Origin: Candidatus Latescibacterota bacterium
Lineage (GTDB): Bacteria > Latescibacterota > UBA2968 > UBA8231
DNA length: 64,000 nucleotides
Direction: 5' to 3'
Assembly: GCA_965243025.1 (NCBI GenBank)
Contig: CBDETY010000003.1
Coordinates: 672,001-736,000, forward strand
Both the position numbers and the translations under genes were made by a program. This document shows positions 1 through 9,986 of the stretch, one piece after another; positions within the stretch are counted from its first letter, which is position 1, and each line of letters begins with the position of its first letter. The notes beneath the pieces were generated by a model that did no database searches, was not told the origin of the DNA, and saw only the letters and a list, made by a program, of their open reading frames with translations.

Positions 1-2
1 AA

Positions 3-254
3 CGGATCAGGCGTCAACAGGCACGGGATAGTAGGGAACAACAACGGATCAAGCGTCAATATTGTTCAATTGGAAGACATTTCTTCCAAGGGATAGAGGG
101 GATTAGGACTGTGACTTTTACTTGTAGATTCTGTCGGATAGAAAAGAAATTTGGCGAAATCGAATTTGATGAAGATTTTGAGTGGTGTTCCTATGGCCTT
201 GAGGGGTCCGGGTGGGGTACATTGAAAGACCATGATGCCACCAAGGGTAGCTGA
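3..254 (+). CDS. 3' part of a small hypothetical protein with possible Zn ligands (5'-truncated by window edge)
   Basis: Open frame 3-254 (RIRRQ...YCSIGRHFF...TFTCRFCRIEKK...KGS*) in an AT-richer segment; C-x4-H and CxxC; absent from the ORF track. Confidence 0.45.
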   Translation, partial: RIRRQQARDSREQQRIKRQYCSIGRHFFQGIEGIRTVTFTCRFCRIEKKFGEIEFDEDFEWCSYGLEGSGWGTLKDHDATKGS

Positions 255-383
255 ATACCTGTGGGCTGTTAATCCGGAAAATCGACCATCTGAGCAGGGT
301 AACATCAAAGCCAAAAGCTAAGAGTCATTCACCCGTAACCCTCCGGTATAAGTTCCAAAAAATAGGACAAAGCCAGGTCGCCG

Positions 384-1058
384 ATGATACTGCGCGGGAA
401 CCGCTTCGAGATCCGCTCGCAGAACTCCAACCTCGTCTACTGGGAGCAGGAGGAGTTTCCGTCCTGGACGGCACTCAACTGCCTGCGCCTGTTCACGACC
501 GTCCCCTCAGGGCACGGGGTCGAGCCCCATTACCACGACAACGACGAGATCTGGCTGTTCCGCTCCGGCCGCGGCGAGGTCTGGGTCGGCGGTGAAAAAC
601 GGGAAGTGACCCCGAACACGATGGTGTACACCCCGATGGGGGTGGTGCACCGTTTCCAGATGTTCGAGCCCTGGGAGAACACGGCGATCGTGACGCGGTT
701 GGAGGGAAAGAAGCGGGCCGCCCACATACTGGTGGAGGAGGACGGGGAGCCGGTGCCTGCCGCCGAAGGGTTCGTCGTTCCCGGGGCGGAAAACCGCGGG
801 CCCCTGGCGGATCCGGGGTCCCGCTGTCCGTTGAGCGAGTTCCGCGAGATCCATTTCGATGCCGGCGAAACCCTGGCTGCCGAGGGTTCCCTGCAGGTCA
901 ACGAACACTGGCTGGTGTCGGGAGGAGAGATCGAGCTGAGCGTCGACGGCGCGCAGGCCCTGCTCGTCGAGGAGGACGTCGCCCTGATGAAGGCCGGCGC
1001 CGTGCGGGCGGTGCGCGCGATCACCGGCGGGCGGGCGATCCTGGTGCGCGAGCGCTGA
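384..1058 (+). CDS. cupin-domain protein (probable bicupin)
   Basis: PHYHDNDEIW...G.GEVWVGG...TPMGVVH cupin motifs; second degenerate cupin in C-terminal half. Confidence 0.8.
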   Translation: MILRGNRFEIRSQNSNLVYWEQEEFPSWTALNCLRLFTTVPSGHGVEPHYHDNDEIWLFRSGRGEVWVGGEKREVTPNTMVYTPMGVVHRFQMFEPWENTAIVTRLEGKKRAAHILVEEDGEPVPAAEGFVVPGAENRGPLADPGSRCPLSEFREIHFDAGETLAAEGSLQVNEHWLVSGGEIELSVDGAQALLVEEDVALMKAGAVRAVRAITGGRAILVRER

Positions 1059-1078
1059 CCGGCGCCCCGCATTGGTAT

Positions 1079-1240
1079 CCGCAAAGTCGTTCTACAGTGC
1101 CCGCCCAGGTTCGGGGTAGCGCCTCACTCGGACAACACCCGGGTTCGGGGAGCTGGCGTCAGCGACCGCCGGGGGGAAAGCGGCGGGCGGCCCCTCTGAC
1201 CATCGGGTACCTGAGCAGGCAAGCGCAGGGACGAGTGCGG
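1079..1240 (-). ncRNA. candidate structured RNA in convergent intergenic gap
   Basis: 1098-1110 and 1209-1221 form a 13-bp helix with G-U pairs only on the minus strand; extendable outer stem and inner hairpins. Confidence 0.25.
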
Positions 1241-1245
1241 CGAAT

Positions 1246-2274
1246 TCACTCCTCCGGCAGGAGCAGGTACTTGTGCCCGCGCCGGGAGCGCACCGCCGCG
1301 AATGCCTGTTCCCACTCGCTCAGCGGGAAACGGCCGCTTATCAGCGGGGCCGTCTCGATCTTCCCCTCACCGAGCAGATGCAGCGCCCGTTCCCAGGTCC
1401 CGTGCCCGTAGGTGAAGCTCGGGAGCAGGGTCAGCTCCTTGATGACCGCCGCGTTCAGATCGACCGCGACATCGCCGCTGAAAAGGCCGACCAGCACCAG
1501 CTGCGCCCCCTTGCGGGCATGGGCGATGCACTGCTGCAGCGAGGCCTGCGAACCGCCGCATTCGATCGCGACATCGGCTCCCAGTCCGCCGGTCCTGTCC
1601 CGCAGCTGATCGAAAGAGTCGGCGCCCGCCTGGATGACGGCGTCGGCGCCCAGTTCTTTTCCGAGTTCCAGGCGGGCTTCATCTCCGGAAGCTCCGACCA
1701 GGACGACGGCGGCGCCGAGGCTCCTTGCCGCCTGCAGACAGAGCAGGCCGACCGGCCCCGGTCCCGAGACCATGACCACGTCGCCCTGGTTCACGGAGGC
1801 GCGTTCGTACACGGCGCGCACCGCTACCGCGGTCGGCTCGCACAGGGAGCCGCTTTCGAAGTCGACGCCGGCCGGGAGCCTGTGCGCGCTTTCCTCCCGC
1901 TGGCACACGTACCTGGCGAAAGCCCCGTCGACGTGCACGCCCATGCTGCGGCGCTCGGGGCAGAGCCCGATGAGTCCGCCGCGGCAGAACCGGCATGCGC
2001 CGCAGGTATGCCGGAAACTCTCGCAGCTCACCCGGTCGCCGGCCTTGAAGCCCGTCACGCGGTCCCCCACATCGACGACGACCCCGGACATCTCGTGCCC
2101 CAGGACGAAGGGCGGGTCGTTCGGGTACTCGTCGTCGTGGATGTGCAGGTCGGTGCCGCAGATCGCCGCGGCCATCACTTCGATCTTGATCTGACCGGAC
2201 TCCGGCGCCGGCTCCGGGACATCGAGCAGATCGACGTGGCCGATTCCTGCCGCGGTTTTCACGAGCGCTTTCAT
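1246..2274 (-). CDS. zinc-dependent medium-chain alcohol dehydrogenase (threonine/sorbitol DH-like)
   Basis: ICGTDLH, GHE, structural Zn CGACRFC...C, GPGPVG; start moved to MKALVK at 2274. Confidence 0.92.
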   Translation of the reverse strand: MKALVKTAAGIGHVDLLDVPEPAPESGQIKIEVMAAAICGTDLHIHDDEYPNDPPFVLGHEMSGVVVDVGDRVTGFKAGDRVSCESFRHTCGACRFCRGGLIGLCPERRSMGVHVDGAFARYVCQREESAHRLPAGVDFESGSLCEPTAVAVRAVYERASVNQGDVVMVSGPGPVGLLCLQAARSLGAAVVLVGASGDEARLELGKELGADAVIQAGADSFDQLRDRTGGLGADVAIECGGSQASLQQCIAHARKGAQLVLVGLFSGDVAVDLNAAVIKELTLLPSFTYGHGTWERALHLLGEGKIETAPLISGRFPLSEWEQAFAAVRSRRGHKYLLLPEE

Positions 2275-2348
2275 CTTTTGGCGAGTGCTCTCATGGCAGG
2301 TCTTGCTCAAAAAAGCGCTGACCGGCATACCCTCCCGTCACTGAGAAG

Positions 2349-3454
2349 GTGATGAATATGGCCACTGTGAAACCCTCTCTCAAAACCGCCGTGGTAGGCC
2401 TTCGCATCCACGCGGGCGACCTCGATCCGGACGGCAATCACGGCCTGCTGAAGTCGTTCAAGGCCCAGGCGGACGTCGACGTGGTCGCCTACTGCGAATG
2501 GGACCGGTCGGAAGCCGCGGCCCTCGAGGCGATCCGCAGGGCAGACCCGGAGGCCGGCATCCATACCGATCTGTCGGCCCTGTTGGCCGAGGTGGAGTTC
2601 GACGCCGCCCTCGTCATGCTGCCGCCGTCGGAGGCGGCCCCGGCGGCTCTGCGCCTGGCCGAGGCGGGCAAGCACCTGTACATCGAAAAGCAGGCGGCGC
2701 GGAGCGCCGCGGAGCTGGACCCGCTTTGCAGGGCAGCGGCCGACCGGAACCTGGTGATCCAGGCGGGGTACCCGTGGGTCTGCCATCCGGTCGCCCGGGA
2801 GATCAAGCGCCAGATCGACGCGGGTGTGCTCGGGGACCTCGCGGCCATGGAGGCCCGCTGGTCACGCTCCAGGTCGGGCCCGGAATGCGGGACCCCGAAC
2901 ACTGGATGTACACCAGCGCCGGCGAAGGGGGCGGCATCCTCCACATGGAGGGGGGCCACTGGCTCACCCTGTTTCACTATTTCAGCGGCGCACAGGTCAA
3001 GTCGGTGACCGCCCTGTGCAGCCGCGCGATCGGGGCAATTGAAGAGGACCTGGAAGATGTGGCCACAGTCGCGCTGGAATTCGAGAACGGCGTGCACGCC
3101 TGTCTGCACATGGGGTATCTCCTGCCCGGTGTCGGCCCCCGGAACGACACCTGCTTCAGCCTGCGCGGCACCCTCGGCACCGCGACATGGCCTTCCCCGG
3201 GCGACGGTGAGTTTACGGTCGCCAGCGCGCTGCCGGCTTGGCAGGGGGCGCCGGTGCGCACCTTTCGCATGGAGGTCGCTCCCCGGCCCGTCTATGCCGA
3301 TGAGTGGGGGTATCAGTTCGTCGCCGCGTTCGTCAGGGCCGTGCGGGAGAACGGGCGGCCCCTGGTCAGCGCGAAGGATGCCCGGCGCGTGCTGCAGACA
3401 ATCGAAGCCGCGTACGAGTCGTCGCGCACCGGGCGGCGGGTGCAGCTGAGCTGA
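2349..3454 (+). pseudogene. Gfo/Idh/MocA oxidoreductase, frameshifted near 2858 (pseudogene or sequencing error)
   Basis: N-half (GKHLYIEK) in frame 2349..3008; C-half (GGGILHMEGGH, EDVATV, IEAAYESSRTGRRV) in frame 2498..3454; adding one base at cgc^tg gives AMEARLVTLQVG. Confidence 0.8.
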
Positions 3455-3597
3455 GAGCGGCCCTCACACTCGCACGGCCCATCTCCGTTCCATCCAGGTC
3501 TCGCGTGCAGGGACGGGCAGCCGAAATCCCCAGGCAGCGCTGGTGGGCTGCCATCACCCGAACTGGTTCTGCACCGGCGAAAACAGACCGCCATCGA

Positions 3598-4008
3598 TCA
3601 GGCGGGTGGGGTTTCGGAACCGCCGGCGTCGAGCTGCCTGAAGACCTCATCGGCTGCGGCGAGTCCTTCCCAGGCGACCGGGAAACCGGCGTAAAAGGCC
3701 ATCTGCAACAGGGTCTCGCGAATCTCCTCGCGGGTGGCGCCGTTGCCGAGGGCCATCTCGATGTTCAGGCTGAGCGCGCGCGGGCGGTTGAGGGCGGCCA
3801 GCGCCGAGATCGTGACCAGGCTGCGGGTGCGCGGGTCCAGGCCGGGCCGGGTCCAGACCTGGCCTCCCAGAGCCCCGAGGACGAAATGCTCGAAGTCCGG
3901 CGAGATGCGGTGCCAGGTTTCTCGCAGCTGCGAGGCGCGTTCCTCACCCGCCATCCTGGCGAACTGTTCGAACCCCTGCTGGACGGTCTGATCGGTGACT
4001 TCGGACAT
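3598..4008 (-). CDS. carboxymuconolactone decarboxylase family protein
   Basis: VWTRPGLDPRTRSLVTISALAAL...ALGNGATREEIRE...YAGFP. Confidence 0.9.
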   Translation of the reverse strand: MSEVTDQTVQQGFEQFARMAGEERASQLRETWHRISPDFEHFVLGALGGQVWTRPGLDPRTRSLVTISALAALNRPRALSLNIEMALGNGATREEIRETLLQMAFYAGFPVAWEGLAAADEVFRQLDAGGSETPPA

Positions 4009-4187
4009 GGGTGAAATTTCCCGTTGGGTTGAGGTGACGGTTGGCTTGGCGAAATGCGCGGATCAACATGGATTCCAATCGGTTGCCGGGGCAATTACCC
4101 GAGCAGGCTTCCCTGCCGGGCGCGGGCTCCGTCTGTTTCCCGCAGCTGCCCGGCCGGCCTGGAAACCCCGGTAGCGGCCGCAGACGA

Positions 4188-5873
4188 TCATTGCGCGCTC
4201 TGCCCGGCGCACCTGACCAGCAGCTCGCACTGGTGCAGGGTCGGCCAACCCGGTCCCGGTTGCGGCCCCTTCTGAACGTACCCTTGCGGCTGCTCTGACC
4301 CCTCGATCACCACCAGAACCCGGTTTTCACCGCGGCGCAGCGGGGGGTCGTCCACCACCAGCCATTCCTCGCCGGGGGAGTTCGCCACTTTCCGCGCCGA
4401 CAGCAGGTCGACGCGCCCTCCGTTCACCTCGCAGCGGATCCGCGGCAGGCACCGCTCGTGCCCGGTGAGACGGAGGCGCAGCTCGGTCCCGGCGATGCGC
4501 CCGTCGGCCCGCCCCCCGTCGATGTCGTCCTCGATGAGAAGCCGCAGGGCGTGGGCCTCACCTGCCCCGCGGCCGGTCAGCGCCAGCTTGCGGGGCAGCT
4601 GGGGCGGAAAATCCCCCAGGTTGGAACCGTGGTTCAGGTGGTAACAGCGGTCCAGCCGCGCCAGGGCCTGCGGATCCCCCAGGTCGCGCAGGGTCTGCAG
4701 GTCTTTTCTCGTGAACCGGTCGGAGTCGAACGCACCCCGCAGCCCACTGTAGAGAGGCGGCGGTTCGACCAGGGGCATGTCGCTGGCGTCCCCCTCCGCC
4801 ACCGGCTGGGCGCGGTGGTTGGCGTAGTCGTGATTGAAGAGATGGACCCCTGCCGCTCCCCGCCGATAGCCGTTGAGGGCGATGGCGCGCCGCAGCGAAG
4901 GCTGGCCGCTCTCGTAGCCCTCCTGCGGCGAGGCTTTGTACGTCCCGGCGGAGCCGACGTACACGAGAGCCCCGCCTTTCTCCGCCGCGGCCACGGCCCG
5001 CTCGACGTCCATTTCCAGCTGCCAGCCTCCGGACGAGGAAATCACCGCGACATCCACCAGGCCGTTCTCGAGCCAGGTTTCCGGATCGAGCCCCAGCTCC
5101 ATGCAGGCGTCGAAGCTGCAGGGGACGCGGCAGCAGAGCTTCACGTCCCTGCCCTTTCGGGCTGCGCCGCGGCGCGCGGTCTCTCGCGCCCGGCGCACGA
5201 ACTCCGTCATCGTCGCCATCTGCCTGAATCCCCGGTGCGGTTTGAAGAACGGAGGGGCCCGGCAGAAATCCAGCTCCAGGCCGTCGACGTCGTAGCGCCC
5301 GATGGTTTCGTCGAACAGGCCGAGGAAACGGTCGCGCACCTCGGGTCGGGCGTAGTCCCATTGCCAGCTGAAGTTGAACTCTTTCCCGTACCCCGTGGTG
5401 CCTTCGGGCGCCGGAGAGCCGATCAGCAGATCGGGGCGATTCAGCATCAGGGCGGAGCGGCGCCCGTCGGCCATGCGGTGCTCCATGTTGCGGTGGGCGT
5501 CGTTCATCCGGAAAGAGGCGTAGATGCCGAGGCCCGACTGCCGCGCGCGGTCGACGTACAGCTGGAAGACGTCGTGCCCGTCCTCCACCAGGGCGGCGAG
5601 GTTCTTCTGCAGGAGGTCGCTGGGGGCCATTCCCTCCGGAGCGGCGGCCATGGTTTCCCCCCACAGCTCGCCGTGCGGGCTGCCCGGCCAGCTCAGGTCG
5701 TCGTTGATGCCGACGAGCACGGAGACGACGTCGACGGCGGTGTCGGCCAGGGGCTTCATCATGGCGGTCACGTCGTCGGGATTGCGGCGTTTGAGGTACT
5801 TGAACACCAGGCAGCCGTCGGTGTTGAAGATGATCCGCGGCGGCCACCGGTAGGGCAGCGGGTTGTCAGGCAT
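4188..5873 (-). CDS. GHL10/DUF187-like glycoside-hydrolase TIM-barrel protein (paralog 1)
   Basis: RIIFNTDG, SFRMNDAH, WDYARPEVR, YDVDGLELDFCR, GVHLFN; start at MPDNPLP. Confidence 0.75.
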   Translation of the reverse strand: MPDNPLPYRWPPRIIFNTDGCLVFKYLKRRNPDDVTAMMKPLADTAVDVVSVLVGINDDLSWPGSPHGELWGETMAAAPEGMAPSDLLQKNLAALVEDGHDVFQLYVDRARQSGLGIYASFRMNDAHRNMEHRMADGRRSALMLNRPDLLIGSPAPEGTTGYGKEFNFSWQWDYARPEVRDRFLGLFDETIGRYDVDGLELDFCRAPPFFKPHRGFRQMATMTEFVRRARETARRGAARKGRDVKLCCRVPCSFDACMELGLDPETWLENGLVDVAVISSSGGWQLEMDVERAVAAAEKGGALVYVGSAGTYKASPQEGYESGQPSLRRAIALNGYRRGAAGVHLFNHDYANHRAQPVAEGDASDMPLVEPPPLYSGLRGAFDSDRFTRKDLQTLRDLGDPQALARLDRCYHLNHGSNLGDFPPQLPRKLALTGRGAGEAHALRLLIEDDIDGGRADGRIAGTELRLRLTGHERCLPRIRCEVNGGRVDLLSARKVANSPGEEWLVVDDPPLRRGENRVLVVIEGSEQPQGYVQKGPQPGPGWPTLHQCELLVRCAGQSAQ

Positions 5874-6164
5874 GTCGGGCGTCGAAAACTGAACGGGGCG
5901 GGCTGGAGTTTCTGTTGGACCTCGGCCGCATTTCGGCCAGGCCGTTTCCCGGCGATGAAATAAGACGAAGGCCGCCGGCATTCAAGGGGGATAATCCGAA
6001 TCAGTTCAACGGCCTCGCCATTCCCTCTGCACCGTCGGCTTCCTTGCGGTTCGGGCGCCTCGACACCCTTATTCCCATTTACGTGAAGATTGCATGATTC
6101 GGGTTTCCCTGGCTATTGGTGAGGGCAGCCGGATCTTGCGCCGAAAGCCACTTGGAGAGCTGAA

Positions 6165-7070
6165 ATGAAGCTGAGCGAAAAACACCGGGAGCAGTTCGTC
6201 GACCAGGGATACGTCGTCGTCGAGGGGGCGCTGACCGACGGCGACCTGCAGCCGGTGATCGACGACTACTCCGCCATCGTCGACGAGCTGGCGAAGAAGC
6301 TGCACGCCGGGGGACGGATCTCCCGCCTGTACGAAGAGGAGCCGTTCGACACGCGGCTGGCGCGCATCTGCGACGAGGACGAGGAGACCTACTTCGCATC
6401 GGACGAGTTCCTCGACATCGGCCATGTTCGCGGGCGGGGGACCTTCGAGTTCATGCGCAACCGGAATCTCCTCGACCTGGTCGAGGGGTTCATCGGGCCG
6501 GAGATCGCCTGCAACTCCATCTCCCACATCCGCGCCAAGCTGCCTTCCGACGAGTCCCGCAGCAGGGACTCCAACATCGCCTCCCGGCACCAGGACGCGA
6601 TCTTCACCACCCCCGAGGCGCGGGACCTCTTCGTTCTGACGGTCTGGCTGCCGCTGAACGAGGCCACCGCGGAGAACGGCTGCCTTCAGGTCGCGCCCGG
6701 GGTGCACCGGAGCGGGATCGTGTACTGGGGCGGGTCGCTCCCGGAATACGAGGCCGCGACCGTGCCGATGCGGAAGGGGGACGTGATCTTCCTCCACAAG
6801 CTCTGCCCGCACGGCTCCGGAACCAACGATACCGACGGCATCCGCTGGAGCATGGACCTGCGCTACCAGCGGCTCGGCACCCCCTCGCCGCGGCCGGAGT
6901 GGCCGGGCCTGGGGGCGAGAAGCCGGGAGAACCCCGGTGCGCTGACTGAATACGAGGAGTGGGCGGCGGCCTGGGAACAGGCGCTGGAGAAGCACCCGAA
7001 GAAGCTGGGATACCCGCGGCCGTCCGAACCGGCCCCGTTCGCCGGGGAGATGTACCCGTGGATGTCGTGA
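6165..7070 (+). CDS. phytanoyl-CoA dioxygenase (PhyH) family protein
   Basis: GYVVV, HQD, VWLPL.EAT.ENGCL, PHGSG.N...IRWSMDLRY. Confidence 0.92.
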   Translation: MKLSEKHREQFVDQGYVVVEGALTDGDLQPVIDDYSAIVDELAKKLHAGGRISRLYEEEPFDTRLARICDEDEETYFASDEFLDIGHVRGRGTFEFMRNRNLLDLVEGFIGPEIACNSISHIRAKLPSDESRSRDSNIASRHQDAIFTTPEARDLFVLTVWLPLNEATAENGCLQVAPGVHRSGIVYWGGSLPEYEAATVPMRKGDVIFLHKLCPHGSGTNDTDGIRWSMDLRYQRLGTPSPRPEWPGLGARSRENPGALTEYEEWAAAWEQALEKHPKKLGYPRPSEPAPFAGEMYPWMS

Positions 7071-7104
7071 ACGACCCGAATCCGGCAAGGGGAGGGGAGA
7101 GGGA

Positions 7105-7878
7105 ATGACCATGACGATCGGGGAGGCGCTCGCCAGCCTCGGGGTGCACGACGGCGTCCTCTCGAAGGAGGAGAAGAACTTCCTCGACGGGCAGGGGTAC
7201 CTGCCGCTGCCCGGCCTCCTCTCTCGAGCGGAGGCGGCCGCTTTCGCCGCCCGCCTCGGGGAGCTCGCGGAAATGGAAGGGGAGGAGGCCGGCAGGGAGG
7301 TGCACCAGGAGGAGGGGACCACGCGGCTCGCCAACCTGATCGACAAGGACCCGCTGTTCGAGAAGTGCGTCACCGACCGCCGGCTGCTGGCCGCGGTCCG
7401 GCACGTCATCGGCGGCGATCTCAGGCTCTCCTCGCTCAACGCCCGGGCATCCCACCCGGGGCAGGGCCTGCAGGGCCTGCACGCCGACTGGGGAAAGGGG
7501 GTCGAGCCGGGGGAGTTCCAGGTCTGCAACTCGGTCTGGATGCTGACGGACTTCACCGCGGAGAACGGCGCCACCCGCGTGGTCCCGGGATCGCACCTGA
7601 GCCGCAGGACCCCGTCCGAGGCGATGGAGGACCCCACCGACGCCCACCCCGAACAGGTGCAGCTGCAGGCGCCGGCCGGGACCGTGGTGGTCTTCAACGG
7701 GCACCTCTGGCACGGGGGGGCGTTCAACGCCAGCGGCCGCAAGCGCTGGGGCATGCACGGGTACTACTGCCGCCGCAGCGTCCCGCAGCAGACCGACCAG
7801 CGCCGCTGGCTCAGCCCCGGGACGGTGGCGCGCCTGTCTCCGGAGGCGCGCGCCGTCGTCGACGTCGAGGATCCCTGA
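7105..7878 (+). CDS. PhyH family dioxygenase
   Basis: LHAD, DFTAENGATRVVPGSH, LWHGG. Confidence 0.92.
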   Translation: MTMTIGEALASLGVHDGVLSKEEKNFLDGQGYLPLPGLLSRAEAAAFAARLGELAEMEGEEAGREVHQEEGTTRLANLIDKDPLFEKCVTDRRLLAAVRHVIGGDLRLSSLNARASHPGQGLQGLHADWGKGVEPGEFQVCNSVWMLTDFTAENGATRVVPGSHLSRRTPSEAMEDPTDAHPEQVQLQAPAGTVVVFNGHLWHGGAFNASGRKRWGMHGYYCRRSVPQQTDQRRWLSPGTVARLSPEARAVVDVEDP

Positions 7879-8005
7879 GGGGACGGCGGCAGACGGGAGT
7901 TCCTGCCCGGTTACGCCGCCTCTATATCGGTGCGGGTGAAATCCTCTCCCTTGAACAGCAGCGGTTCCCCGGTCTCGTGTGCGAGCGACCAGGATCAGCG
8001 CCGCC

Positions 8006-9883
8006 TCACCGGAACGGGATGGACCCGCCGTGCCAGGGAAAGGCGCAGCTCGGCCGGTGGCAGTGCAGGTCCATGTCGAGCCGCAGCTCGATCTCGGTGC
8101 CGGGCCGCAACTCGACGTCGAAATGCCTGCCGTTGACCGGCACCGTCGCCGGCGATTCCCCGGCCTCGGAGGCGGTGCTGAAGCGGTGCTCGCCGAAGGA
8201 GCCCGCCTGCACGGTTAGCCCGCGGCTGCGGTGGGGGCTGAGGTTGACCAGGGTGAGGTCGACGCCGTCGGGCCGCACCGCCGACACCAGGGCGGCGACG
8301 TCGTCGGGCAGGCCCGGGCGCTGCCGGCCGCGGTCGAAGTAGCGCACGCGGCCGCGGGCGAGGCCGCCCCAGTAGTTGGTCTGGTGGCCGCCGGTGGTCA
8401 GCAGCTGCAGCGCCTCGGTCACCACCGGGTTGCGCTGCAGCCAGTGGTGCTCGTCGGTCTGCGCCAGGTCGGTGAGGTCGGCGTCGTCGCTCTCTATAAG
8501 GTCCATGCGCCGCATCATCTCCCGGTAGTTGGCCTGCAGCACCTCCTCGGGGAAGCCGGGGCAGTCGCCGGCGAGGTAGCGGGTCCAGGCGCGGTCGTCG
8601 CCGCCGCGCGGGTCGTTCTGGCGCACGCTGCCCCACTCCTCCTCGGCGCCTCGGCGGATCGTCTCGAGGCGCTGCCAGTCCCGCTCCTCCTGCGAGGCGA
8701 ACCACAGCTGGATCGGCTGCTGGTGGCCCATCGGCGCGTGGCCGACCCAGCCCTCCTCGTTGTGGCGGTAGGGGATGAGCACGCGCCCGTCCTTCTCGAC
8801 CGCGCGCTCCAGCAGCATGTCGAACTGGGAGCGGACCAGGTCCAGGTACCCCTTGTCCCCGGTGACCAGGTGGGCGCAGGTCGAGGCCACGGTCATGGCG
8901 TTGAACATCATCTGGTACGAGGAGGAGGCCGCCCAGCCGTAGAAGCCGCCCCACCACTGCCCCTGGCGGTTGCCGCCGATGCGGCCGTCGAGGCCGACGT
9001 TGTCGGGAATGATCCCCCCGTTCTCCCCGATCCGGTCCATCCAGGCCTCGACGTAGTCGGCGATCCAGGTGCGGTACTTGTCGTCGCCGGTCAGGGTGTA
9101 GGTGTGGGCGACGAGGCCGACGACGCCGAGGTTCACGGGCACGTCTCCCTCCATGACGACCTTGTCGAACATCGAGTGGATCCGCTCCCTCCTGGCCGGG
9201 TCCTCGAACCAGAGGCCGCGGTCCTCCCCCTCGCTGCGGTGCGACTCCCGCTCCGCGGGCGTCGAGCGGCGCTCCAGCCATTCGCGGGGGATCTCGAAGG
9301 TCGGGGAGAGCTTGACGTGGCCGTGCTCGATGTTGTACTGCACGTCGTCCCAGCGGGCGTGGAACATCGGGCCGGCGCTGCCGCTGAACGGCGAGCGGAT
9401 GATGCGGTGCTCCGGGTCGTAGTTCGGGACCTCGGGATCCTCGGCCATGTAGAAGCCGGAGAAGCGCCGCGCCCGGCGCATCATCTCGGCGTTGGCCGGG
9501 TCGGCGAGCCCGATGGCGTAGAAGTAGACGTAGTTCTCGCTGCTGTGGAACCAGTCGTCGTCGCAGACGAACTCCCTGGCGATGCGGCCGTAGTCGTAAG
9601 TGATCTGGCGGGTAACGGCGTTCCACTGGCTCACCGCCTTCTCGCCGATGTACTCGCTTCCCCCGAGGGCGTAGAGCAGCGGCCAGTTGAAGAATGCCTC
9701 GTAGAGGTCGTCGACCCAGACCCCGTCCCCGGGGTACTGCTCGGTCCAGACGAGGGAGCCGCCGGTGCGGGTGTACTTGTCGATGTAGACCGGCGCCGCC
9801 TGGTTCAGGGCGTCGATCAGCCGCCGTTCGAGCACCGCCCATACCGGCGGTTCGGTTCGTTTCGCGCTGGTGAAGGTCGCCAA
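8006..9883 (-). CDS. large hypothetical protein (possibly alpha/alpha-barrel hydrolase or lyase fold)
   Basis: About 625 aa with strong GC3 bias; AGGAGGA RBS before TTG at 9883; W/D/H-rich motifs (DDLYE, DWFHSSE, IPDNVGLDG, WWGGFYGW). Confidence 0.8.
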   Translation of the reverse strand: MATFTSAKRTEPPVWAVLERRLIDALNQAAPVYIDKYTRTGGSLVWTEQYPGDGVWVDDLYEAFFNWPLLYALGGSEYIGEKAVSQWNAVTRQITYDYGRIAREFVCDDDWFHSSENYVYFYAIGLADPANAEMMRRARRFSGFYMAEDPEVPNYDPEHRIIRSPFSGSAGPMFHARWDDVQYNIEHGHVKLSPTFEIPREWLERRSTPAERESHRSEGEDRGLWFEDPARRERIHSMFDKVVMEGDVPVNLGVVGLVAHTYTLTGDDKYRTWIADYVEAWMDRIGENGGIIPDNVGLDGRIGGNRQGQWWGGFYGWAASSSYQMMFNAMTVASTCAHLVTGDKGYLDLVRSQFDMLLERAVEKDGRVLIPYRHNEEGWVGHAPMGHQQPIQLWFASQEERDWQRLETIRRGAEEEWGSVRQNDPRGGDDRAWTRYLAGDCPGFPEEVLQANYREMMRRMDLIESDDADLTDLAQTDEHHWLQRNPVVTEALQLLTTGGHQTNYWGGLARGRVRYFDRGRQRPGLPDDVAALVSAVRPDGVDLTLVNLSPHRSRGLTVQAGSFGEHRFSTASEAGESPATVPVNGRHFDVELRPGTEIELRLDMDLHCHRPSCAFPWHGGSIPFR

Positions 9884-9986
9884 GGGTTCCTCCTGTGCGA
9901 TGTCCGGGGCGGGACCGGGAAACCCGGCCTCGCCTGTGCCGATGGTCGTCGGAAGGCCTCCGCAGAGGCCGGTCAATCGAAATGAG

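Noticed and set aside
66-314. 82-aa minus-strand ORF from the track
   Set aside because: No motif or RBS; the plus-strand frame 3-254 looks more protein-like
1205-1232. TPP riboswitch (ACCTGA...GCGCAGGGA resemblance)
   Set aside because: Lacks the CTGAGA element and the P5 hairpin, and has no downstream gene on that strand
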